A DNA stretch of 64,000 nt from Trichoplax adhaerens (Eukaryota > Animalia > Placozoa): contig NW_002060943.1 in the NCBI RefSeq assembly GCF_000150275.1, forward strand, positions 7,324,066-7,388,065, written 5' to 3'. How positions within the stretch are numbered: position 1 is the stretch's first letter; each line of letters starts with the position of its first letter. The position numbers and the translations under genes are program-made. The notes beneath the pieces are model-generated. The model saw only the letters and a list, made by a program, of their open reading frames with translations. It ran no database searches and was not told the DNA's origin. Below are positions 26,722 through 41,089 of this stretch, piece by piece.

Positions 26722-29700
26722 TTAGGTATCTTTGTCTTTTTCAGCCGTATCCTTTCGAAAAGGTCCTAGAGAACGCTTCTTATTATTATTGGCTTCCTGT
26801 GTCAATCATTGTAGTTTATCAGGCATAAAGTATAAATATGTTTTACTTTGAACTACTAATCCTTTCTGGTAGTTTATTTTCATTAATCATTATATCACCA
26901 ATACATGAGTAGTTTAATGAAACCATCGTTCTATATAGGCAAATAAAATCTTACCGTAATTGTAGCTTCTAACTTTTCAAGGGATTGCTATAATAAAGTA
27001 GCAAAATAACTATATCAATAACAATCTTTATTGAAAGGATGAGCGTCAAAATGATTGATAACACGAACTTATAACTTTGCATTGCTTTTTCCTACCTGAT
27101 ATTTATCTATATAGTCGTTAAACTGTGTACAATTAACTTTAAATTTTTTGACATCGGCACGCTTTTTCCCTAGCATCGTTTTAAAAAATTTTGCCTAACG
27201 AGATCGAAATTTAAATTAAAAACAGTAAGTACAGTAACATGAGATTGCCGTCAACAATCAACTTTTATTTATAAATTAATTACGGTTATATAGTCTATAA
27301 ATGTAGCACCTCTTGTTTATGAAGCAAAGTATATGCAGTACCACTTTGACCTGCGCGTGCAGTTCGCCCCACTCTATGAATGTAAGTATTGATATGATTT
27401 GGAACATCATAATTTATGATATATTCCACCTAAAGAAAAATCAATCAATTTGAACGAGGATGATAAGTTCTTTTATGCACATTCGAAAAGCGACCATTAT
27501 CATAGTAAATATATCAATAAGTCATAATCATGCTGTAGGCCTAATATTGAATGAATTGTGTTACTTTTTCAATATCGATACCACGCGCCACAGTGTCGGA
27601 ACATATTAAACTATTCGTAGTTTTAAAGATAATAAAATTGTTACTTTCATAATATTGTATTTCTTTCGAGTAAAATGTTACATTCTATTTATAAGCCAAG
27701 AATTAAAAATGTTCTACTTACAGATCGATTTCCCCTGACGAAAATTGTTTAATGATTCGTTTTCGATCTTTTCGTGGGACCTCGGACGACAAAGTAGCAA
27801 CGCGAATATCACCAAATATAGATAACAGTAGTGACAATCTATTAATAATCATAATCGTTAACGTAGGTGGCGTTAGAAATATTTACGAAAGGCGTACTAT
27901 TTCAATAAGTGGAACTGAAAGGGTGAACTTTTAATTATGTTAATAGTAGTTTACCGCTTTGTAGATTCTTTGGAGTTTGTAAAGCATAGAACTCTTAGAT
28001 GTTTTAGTGCTTGCATGAAATGAATAATTGTAAGAGGCTTCTCCCCAGGTTCGCAAATTATGTAATACTCCTAAAAGATAAATAGTCAACAATATATTTC
28101 ACTTGGTAAACGTCAATAAATTGAAATAAATTCATACTAAAACTTTAGAATACTAACAGTTAGTTCAGCTGGGGTTACATAATAGTCTATTTCATTTGTG
28201 GATAAGTTCGATTTTTGATCGGATATTTGATAAAGTAATGGAGAGAATAGCTCTAACGGAGCAAGCTTTTCGGGATCATAAGTTAGAGTAGCGGAAAATA
28301 ATAATTTCTGAAGCTACAAAAACAAGACATTATACGCCGGTTAGAAATTAAGCCCAGCAAACATGATCACATCAAATGACTTACCGGGAGTTTATTGTTG
28401 CAATATCTGTTTCGAGAAAGCACAATTTCGGCATAGACCAATGTGAATATTTAAACAGATCGTTAGCATTACGCAAACAGCACTTATTTCAGCGGCTATC
28501 GCAAAAAATGAAATTAAAAATAGATTATAGCTAAAATTCAGAGAATGACTAACTTGGACACAATCGATGGTATCGGAGGATCTCGAGGTGTAGTGTGTAG
28601 AATAAATCTAATTTCCATGTTAAGAATAGCGAAATAAATAAATAGAGTAAAAAGTATATGTACATCGATAACTAAAAGAAATCTATTTTGCAAGCATACT
28701 TATTAGGAGGAATAATTTGACTTTGTTCTGCTTTGTAACAAGCTTTTAATGCTGACATAATTAGTTGATGATGTGAAGATATCAAAAGCTTGTCAGCTTC
28801 ATCAAGGACCTAAAAATAGTCCGTTAAATACAATTACTAGAAGAATAGTATTTACAAATGCAATTTTCAGCTTTTGTCAAGAAGGTAAAGCAATCAAATG
28901 AAGATTAACAACAACAAAACAATAAATGTACCAAGAAGCGCAAATGTTCCAACGTAAAATGTTTGGTCATATTAATGTGATCGATTAGCCTTCCAGGCGT
29001 TGCTATTAGGATATCAACGTTGCTACGACCTCTATGAAAATCATGGATAAAATGTAATTTAAACATGATAATAAGAGAAGATTTCGAAACCTATCAATTC
29101 AGTATTACCCAAGAGCATCAATCAATTCTCCTTGTTCAATCTTAAAATTTCGTTGGCCAATAGCAGTTGCGATCTGTTGATTAAAGGAGTATTATCAGAG
29201 CAGTACGAAGAATCAATCGTAGACTAATAGTACAACAATGGATGTTGGTCCAACGAATAGATATATCGATATCAACCATTAAATAAATCATTCCGTGTAA
29301 CAGGTTAAAAAATAAGCAAGCAACAAGAGGTTAAAATAATAAAGTCAGTTAACTCAAAGAAATACCTTTAGCCCGCTACCTTCGTTAAACTGTTCGAATA
29401 CTTTCTTGACTTGATACGCCAAATCTGCTGTTGGTACTAAAATTAGCGCTCGAAGTAGCATGACACTTCGTCGCATAAGAACCTGCAGAAGAGCATAATG
29501 GTAGCTGAAGATGAAAATTTTAATACTAAAACAGCAAGAGTAAGAAATTTTTAAGTAAAGTAGAGTATAGGTTTCTAGTTGGATTATTATCTTAATGATG
29601 GCCTAATAATCTCAATATGAAATTAATTATATAACGCACATACTAAGAATTAATATTAGAGCACTGTAAGTACTCGTATACTGCATTTCAGTACATTGGA

Positions 29701-30658
29701 AAATTAATGGAAATACAAATTACCTGAATAATGGGTAGTACATAAACTAAGGTTTTACCACTGCCAGTAGGTGCAGATACGCATATGTCATGTACAGGTA
29801 AAGGTGTACATAAGCCAAAATGCTGGTAATCTTTCAAGATTGTAGGAATAATTGTAGATTGCACTGTAATCGTAGGTGAAATGAAATAAACATAATGCAA
29901 ATTACGCCATATTGAAATTGATCAGATTATTATGCAACTTGGACTACTCTATGTTGACACAATATAAATGTAGTCCATACATAAGTGAATTTAGCGATTA
30001 CTTTATGCATTAATCATCGAAAAGGCAAACCTGGAAAGAGATGAGACATTCCTTGTTTCTTTAACTTTTTAAGAATAAACTTTTGTAAATAAGACACTTG
30101 GTCAATTTTAATTTTATCATGAGAATTGATATAGTTCGGTTTAGCTATCCATTGGGGAAAATTGGGGGAAAGAGGTGTAGATTGAGTAGTATTGTTGGAT
30201 GTCTTTTTACCCAAGATTATGTAATCACTTTGTTGCGGCTGATCGACTGGAGATGTATCCTGATCTTGACTGCTAAGGGGATCATCATGATTCGTATCAT
30301 GTTCCTCGTTTTGATGTATCGATCGGGTTCCATCGTTATTCTCTGCAAGTTGATGTAAAATTTGATCATTTTCCTTCTTTACAGCCTGCTGGGCTGGCAT
30401 TTTTGTATCCGTTGACGAAATTGGTGGCTGCTTTCGATTACGACGTTTGTTGGATGCATCAGGATTGGAAGGTTGGCCATCATCAAGATGGTGATCTTGC
30501 TTTTTGGCACGTTTTGCTGAAGGTGCAGGTGATGTCTCTTGTACTTGTCTTTTTGCAGCTCGATTACGAATTAATTGTAATCGTTCTTCTATTACAGATG
30601 ATGTAATCTTTTGTTGTGGTCCTTCCTCATATCTGCGAATTTGGATTAAATTGGACAT
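26722..30658 (-). CDS. DDX51: DEAD-box RNA helicase DDX51/Dbp6 (ribosome biogenesis)
   Basis: [11 protein letters not shown]-terminus, Q-motif LFP|[63 protein letters not shown]; TAA at 26724-26722. Confidence 0.9.
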
Positions 30659-31186
30659 GTTTGTACTGTTGTAAGCAGAGTAAGATCTTGATCTGCCTTT
30701 TTCAAAATTGTTCAAGACTTGTGTTGATTGTCAGGTGTGGGGAGTCTATCATGCAACTGGTCCTACCATTATTGGCTTGACTGGTTGGTTGTAAATCACA
30801 TGTCCTTGCACAAGCTAGATGCAAAGCTTATCTAAAGATTGGATAGTATTAAATAGAAAACTGCTGATTGAGTGTACTGTATAGCTTTAAATTCTACAGG
30901 GACGATGTTCTCCTTGAGCTCCTCTAATCTAACTTGGAATTCCACCCCACCTATGGTCGATTTCTTTACAGACTAGATAAGCCTTGTTAAAACAATGGCT
31001 ACATTAGATACGATGTAGTCTATTGTACTGTACTACTGAATATTGGACTGTACTGTACCAACTGCCAACAGTAATGAGTATTGGGTAATGAGTGCTGTTA
31101 CAGCAGAGACCCTGTATGAGAGACATGACAATCTATTGTTCAAATTTACACCTGTTCCCGGTGGACTGAGTAACTAAGAGACGCAA

Positions 31187-31852
31187 AGGTATAGAGGTAA
31201 AGAAAAACTTTTTTAAGTTAAGGTTAAAAGGGACGGAAAGCGCAGTAAATCTTGTTACTCAGCTCAATGTAGAAGGTTTACTACTGCACAAACAGGCAAT
31301 ACAAATTGTAAAGCAATTCAATGGAGTTCGAAAAAGATCAGGTTAGAGCGCTGCTTCTGCAAACGATACCAGAATCAAGTCCAAGCTAGCTCTCAACCAG
31401 TACAGCAGAGGTACAGAGGTAAAGAACAACTTTTTTAAGTTAAGGTTAAAAGGGACGGAAAGCGCAGTAAATCTTGTTACTCAGCTCAATGTAGAAGGTT
31501 TACTACTGCACAAACAGGCAATACAAATTGTAAAGCAATTCAATGGAGTTCGAAAAAGATCAGGTTAGAGCGCTGCTTCTGCAAACGATACCAGAATCAA
31601 GTCCAAGCTAGCTCTCAACCAGTACAGCAGAGGTACAGAGGTAAAAGAAAAACTTTTTTTTAAGTGAAAGGTTAAAGTGAAAAAAAGCGCAGCAAATCTT
31701 GTCATTCAGCTCAATGTAGAAGGTTTACTACTGCACAAGCAGGCAATACAAATTGTAAAGTAATTCAATTGAGTTCGAAAAAGATCAGGTTAGAGCTCTG
31801 CTTCTGTAAACGATACCAGAATCAAGTCCAAGCCAGCTCTCAACCAGTACAG
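31187..31852. repeat. 222-bp tandem repeat, 3 copies (copies 1-2 nearly identical), plus a short fourth fragment at about 32037-32066
   Basis: AGGTA(T/C)AGAGGTAAA at 31187, 31409 and 31631; unit ends ...CAAGTCCAAGC.AGCTCTCAACCAGTACAG. Confidence 0.95.
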
Positions 31853-31928
31853 CCGTATGCACTGGTAATTTTAGTTTTAGCATTTCTATGCGACACTGGC
31901 GTAAGAGATTGTCATTCATACGAGAGTA

Positions 31929-32275
31929 TAGACTAGCAAATTTGCCTACAACCTACTGTACTGTATAAGCCACTCTGAGACATTACAATTATTCTTATTA
32001 TATAATCTGTTCGTAGAGATAGAAGAAAAGCTTTTATCAAGTCCAAGCCAGCTGTCAACCAGTACAGTACAGTATATCTACTGTACTGTACTGTAGAAGA
32101 TTGCCATTTAGATTACCATTAAATTTGATGCGCAATACTGTACTGAAAGAAGATATTGTTATTTCCAGCAGAAAGTAGACAGCAATTTACCTGAAACATG
32201 CAGTATATAAGCCAATCTGAGATAGTATAATCATTATTATAACCTATTGATAGAGATAGAAGAAAACCTTTTATC
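31929..32275. repeat. Degenerate two-copy duplication (~245-bp offset) adjoining the 222-bp array
   Basis: TAGAC.AGCAA.TT.CCT...ATAAGCCA.TCTGAGA...TAGAGATAGAAGAAAA.CTTTTATC at about 31929-32038 and 32177-32275. Confidence 0.75.
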
Positions 32276-32377
32276 TCCATGATTGTCTATACAGTATAAG
32301 AAAGCCTTTCATGTCTCTAATTGAAAAATGAATTAATTAATAAATGAATTAATTTGCGTGCAGTATCGGTGGACAGT

Positions 32378-32392
32378 TGACGTCATATAAAA
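32378..32392 (+). promoter_or_regulatory. CRE (TGACGTCA) directly followed by TATAAAA upstream of the SLC35G-like gene
   Basis: TGACGTCA 32378-32385 plus TATAAAA 32386-32392; a second TGACGTCA at 33168-33175. Confidence 0.4.
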
Positions 32393-33190
32393 GTAAGGAT
32401 GACGAAATATTGCAATGCTCAATACAGTACTGTATATATAAATAAATAAAATGACATTAATTAATCAATATTAGAGCCGAAAGCAGTACAGGTCTAGCAG
32501 TACTGTAAAAGGTAAATGGGAAAAAAAAACTGTTTCTTTACGCAGGACTGTGTGCACAAAGGTGAAAAGGTTTTCCTTTCGCCAACTGTACATAATGTAC
32601 CGTGCGGCTGGTTAGTACTGTATAAACTAACTGCAAAGTATCACAGTTTCGGTATTATTATTGATTAATCAGTGATACTGGATATCATGGACAAGGTCCA
32701 TGACGATGCAGTGTTCGAATCCGAAACGCAATTTTCATCCATTTCACATCGTTTTCTTTGTGTCGACAATCTCATCTGGTAAAGAAAATTACTAAATTGT
32801 AGCAATTTTAACTCGCTTGTAAAATAATATGGCCAAGGTCTGTGACTACGGCTTAACACATCCATTACTGCGGCGACACTCAAAAGAATATAAAAAAAAA
32901 TCAACCGTTTTTATCAAGCTATGAATCCATTAATGAAGCGATTCATGGAAAGGTTCATGGCATGGTATTTCGTGAAGATAGTTTTCAATTAAATTCAATT
33001 TATAATCAGGTATCTGTATATCTTAAAGCAGTCAACGACTTGGTTTCTTCTATCATTCTATGGCTATAAAGACTACAATAATTGGGTTATATTCTTTTCA
33101 CACTTTTAATATCCAGACAGTTAGCCGTGCTAAACGGTACTACCAATTTTCATTTTTTGTAAAAAAGTGACGTCAAGAAATTAGACAGAA

Positions 33191-34198
33191 ATGCAGCCGA
33201 TGAGTAAATCCTATTGTGGCATACTATGTGGCCTAGCGGCATCATTCATTTTTTCTCTCATGTCTGCATGTGTTAAGCTGTCCTCCTATCGCTTCTTTCT
33301 GATCGTAGTCGTTAGAAGTATGACTCAAATCCTATTTCTGCAGCCACTCATGGTTTATCAGAGAACCAATTTAAAAAGCAGCCTCAAACCACCTCAAGCT
33401 TATTATGTATTTGGTAGGGCGATTGGTGAAACAGTGGCCGTATGTTGCCAATTTTATGCTTATCAGAATATGAACATTGGTGATGCAGCTGCAATTGTCT
33501 ATTCGTCTCCGTTTATCACTGGTATTTTGGCAGCTATCTTTTTGAAGGAAAGATTTACATTGTTTCATTTTCTGGCCACAATTGTCAGTTTTGGTGGAGT
33601 GATCTTAGTTGCGAGGCCACCATTTATCTTTGGATCTCTAGCAGGTGATACAACTCAAACTCATTTTGCAGTAGCTGGTATTGCATTCTGTGGAACTATC
33701 TGCAACAGCCTTGGTATTTTGAGCGTCAGAAAACTTGGTAATACTGTCGATGGGAATGCCCTGACGTATTACTTTTCCATCATATGTTGCACAGCGCCAT
33801 TGATCATCACCGCTGTTACCGGAGAATTTGAATTGCCGCCTTGTGGCAGTGCAAGATGGCTGCTACTTTTTATTGGTCTATTAGGTTTTGTTGGCCAACT
33901 GGTCTTTGTAAAAGCGATCCAATTAGAGGAAGCTATGTTAATAGCGGTAATCAGAACTCTTGATGTCTTGTTTGGCTATATTCTAGAAATAATTATATTC
34001 GGCTCTATACCGTCAATTCTGTCAATTATCGGCTCACTTTTGGTAGTATCTTCAGCATGTACTGTAGGATTGAATAAAGTTTATGGGACATCGTGGATTT
34101 ATGGGAGTTGTAAACAATCCCACAACGATGGAAAAACTACAGAGCAATCCATGGTTGCAGCGAATCAAAGCCGGCACTGCAGAGAAACGCAATTATAG
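33191..34198 (+). CDS. SLC35G/TMEM20-like EamA (DMT superfamily) membrane transporter, intronless
   Basis: 335 aa, about 10 hydrophobic segments in two EamA-like repeats; motifs AYQNMNIGDAAAIVYSSPFITGILAAIFLKE, GVILVARPPFIFG, KAIQLEEA, SIIGSLLV. Confidence 0.88.
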   Translation: MQPMSKSYCGILCGLAASFIFSLMSACVKLSSYRFFLIVVVRSMTQILFLQPLMVYQRTNLKSSLKPPQAYYVFGRAIGETVAVCCQFYAYQNMNIGDAAAIVYSSPFITGILAAIFLKERFTLFHFLATIVSFGGVILVARPPFIFGSLAGDTTQTHFAVAGIAFCGTICNSLGILSVRKLGNTVDGNALTYYFSIICCTAPLIITAVTGEFELPPCGSARWLLLFIGLLGFVGQLVFVKAIQLEEAMLIAVIRTLDVLFGYILEIIIFGSIPSILSIIGSLLVVSSACTVGLNKVYGTSWIYGSCKQSHNDGKTTEQSMVAANQSRHCRETQL

Positions 34199-37100
34199 AA
34201 ATTGTTATTTCATGATCGTAGTTATTTGATATTCCTGATTATATTCTTATGGATGAGCTGATTTTCATTGCTAGTGTAAGCTATGATACAGTCCGTTAAT
34301 AAATAGTTGCTCCAGCTGTCAGGAACGTTAAGCTACCCTTTCTGTAGACGAGGTTGGAGCAACGTCGATATTCCGTCGCTCGTAAATTATCATAGAAGCA
34401 TCCCGTAATTTTATTAAATTCTGAAGACTGTGTGTGTGTAAAAGACTAATATGCGTAGTTGTGGTATCCTGATTGGTAGTAGATCGATGATCATATTAAA
34501 AATTAATTCAAAAATAAAAATTCAAAAATAATAATAGCATCTTTGTGAATTTATCTTGTAAGTTATCCTTTGAGCACCCTCTTTCTGTACTGCTCTACGG
34601 TGCGGAATATATTGAAGTCATTCATTTAATTAATACATAGATGAAAACTAGCTCCAGCCTCTGTACTGGAGTTCATAACGCTATATATATATAATAAGAA
34701 GAATTTATATATTAACGAAAACTGTGAATTACATATTATGGCTATTACGGCTATACAATATAACTTGCCCGTAAACTGATTGCATAATCTCTATACAACT
34801 TGTATGATCTCCATCTTGGAATAATGTGTTGAAGAATAAATCCTGATTTTGCAATGAATCAGAATTGTCTTATAGGATGAGCTAGACCTGAGAAAGGTTC
34901 GGTTCGTATGTGTCAATTTCATAAACGTACTGCGTATATCAATTTGAGTTTGCCTTATACGTATTTTAGCTACATGATTCGCTCTCAAGATTGGATTGCG
35001 AATGAGTAAAGTATCAATGTACTGTAAATAGAGTTACATTGCTCTTTCTCTGCACCACGAGGATAGTAAAATATTATTATTTCCGTGTCGTCTAATAGCT
35101 CTAACTAGAACTGCTAATTAATGCCTCTCTCCGTATCCACATCGGACTACATAACAGTCACTGATGCTATGGATGAGCATAACTTATTTGAACTAGTTGA
35201 GCATCAAAGTAAGATCCACCTCATTGCATCTAACTCCTCGTTGTATAAAGCATACACATGTTGTCTATGCTATTTCTAAATACAAATGAATCTGCAAAAT
35301 ACCATGTTAGGCTATAGTATTGCATCTTTGACGGTAGCATGGCGTGCTAGTTTAATATATTTATCTATTTTAAAATATAGAAGTATACGTGTATATACAC
35401 TATTATACAGGTATGTCTAATTGGTTAAACCATGTCTACACAACGCACTAATTACATATGTTTTGGCATTATAATTGTGATAGATTAGGCAGAGAATGGT
35501 AGAAGAGAAAATGATCGGCTACGATATTCGCTAAGTGTAATTCTTTATTATAGCATAAATCAACATGATAGAGGCAAATTACCCTAGTGCACGTGAGAAT
35601 GTGCTTACATCTACTTGATATAACATCTACAGCATTGTATACCAAAGCATGACAGCATGGAATGTGCTAACGTCATGATATCTAAAGGTTTAAATATACT
35701 GTATATGGTACGGCCATTGCTAAGATTGGCTGCGTCCTTAAGAACATCACGGTCCATCTTGCTAATTTTATCCTTCTTAAAATAAAAATAATTTAGACAA
35801 TCTTAAGAATGATCAGACCATCTTAAGATGAAAAGACATTCTTAAGAATTCCTCAAAATCTTTATCATAGTAAACATCAATCATTTTACCTTCACATCCT
35901 TCTGATTCCATAAATATCCTTCCAAGTAAAATAACTGTACATCAAGACAAAGTAGGACGAATATCATCGTGACATTAATCATACAGTATGTTCGGTATTG
36001 TGCTGTATATTAACCCTAGTTATTCGATAAGGTTATATCACGGTCTGATTTGTATGACTTTCTTTACAGTTATTTGGGACTTGTCATGAAGTAAAAGGAT
36101 GTTGTCGTTATGATCTTAAATTCACTTTTCTCTCTTTTAGTAGTCCCTGATACAGTATGTGCTACGATATAGGACATAATAATTATGTTTTAGCTATTGC
36201 TATCTGAAATACAGCGGTTGACTACATTATTTTGTTGGTCATTTCACTGTATAAAATTTCCTATTGGAAGTTCCCCCTTTGCCTGTTGGTAGCAACTTTT
36301 TAGGCCGCATTTGCTAACAGTACAGTACACAAGTGTTATTTAACACCATAGATTCTGATCCAGGATTGTATGCTTCCAACTGTAGGCTAAACTTATTAGT
36401 ACTCATCATAAAAAGAAAGAATTCGTCCAAAAAGAAGGAAGGACGTAAGCGGCCTTACACGGCTGAAAGATGAGTGGGCCGGTCATTTTGCTAATCATTC
36501 TACCATGATACTAAAAGAAAGAGAGACTATATTGTCAACCAAACCAAACTTGATCGTTCCATAGGAGTGAGGAGCAACGCTGTAAACAGTGCAAGGTGCT
36601 GGTGTACAATACAATTTAAAATGGCCAGCGAAACAGCAGGGACTACTCAATGGTCCATTTTCAATTTAATGAAAATTGCATATTGAGTAGTTCCTGGAGT
36701 TATTGCATCCATTCATTCCTGGTATATTTTCTTCTTTCTTTCTCCAGTACTTTGACTTGACAGAAAGCCTGAGGGGCTCATCTAAAAAAAAAAGTTCCTA
36801 GTCTTAGGGCAGAGTCGTTATGTTGAGTAGAGTATGAAAAGAAGAAAAAATCTCTGTATATAGGCTAAAATTTAAATTTTAGAAGCCTAACCCTAACCCT
36901 AAAATTTAAATTCTAGATCATCAATTTTATTTTGCCTAATAGCAAAAGAGAACTGGCTCACACGGCACAGTATACCGCCATGCACAGCCCTAGAATGTAC
37001 TGTAGAGATCATTGAAATCTCTATACAACACTATCAGAAATGGCAAGCACGGTACAGTACAAGTATTGTACTTTACAGTGTACTGGACTGTGTGACGTCA

Positions 37101-37328
37101 TTCTGGCGTTTATTTATCTTCAGGCAGTCTATGATGCAAAACAAAAAAATTTTTTGTTGTTGTCTTGCAGCGATCCTATCCAACGATTTATTTTGTTGCC
37201 CTTACTAACGAGGACGAAGAGAGAAGAAGAAAGAAAAATCCAATCATCCCCTCCATTCCATACTGTCATCATCGTATATTGTCTATCCTTTGCAATCCTT
37301 AGTCCAGCACCAACGTTGCCGTACAATT

Positions 37329-40402
<3,074 letters not shown>

Positions 40403-41089
40403 AGTCAAGTACTCAAAATATACGCTAAGTTGACTTTGTAACCATGTTCCAACGCATTATTTCGTACTAAGGAGAATTATCCGCTGTGAAACAACTTGAC
40501 TGTAACACTCATCTCGTTATGGAAGAGTAGTTTGCATCCTTTAATACTCTGTATTCTATGGTAGATTGTGTAAGCCATTTTTATTGCATGTAAAATATGT
40601 TACATCTACTGAATTAAATCAACATCTACAATTGCTAGATAATGTTGCAGATTAACCTTTAATACGTACCCAAATCCTAATTTAAATAACAATCACTTTT
40701 TCAATATCGTTCAACAAGATTGCAGTTGCTACAACGATATATTGTATTTATTATGACTAAAGGGGTACTCTTACGGAGTACCAAGTATATACTACATAAT
40801 ATGCAAATCGATGTCCATTATGCGTCTTAAGTACGTGTATCTTGATTCTCGAAAACACTTGTTCTGTTAAACGGCATATAATATATGAGAAAAACCTACT
40901 ATTATATTTTGTAAATAATTCGGCTTACACAATATGAGTTCTTACTTAACAAATACTATAGACCTACTGATCCCTACTTGTAGAGTATGTTGACTTGTAC
41001 TATTGAAAAATAACTGTACTGGATTGCTAATAAAGTAAATATTAAAATCGATTCGCTGTAGCCCATTCTGAATGCGTTAACTCGTAAGC

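Noticed and set aside
31187-31852. 222-bp unit (74 codons) as a coding repeat
   Set aside because: The plus-strand frames I translated hit stops within each unit, and the ORF track shows nothing here.
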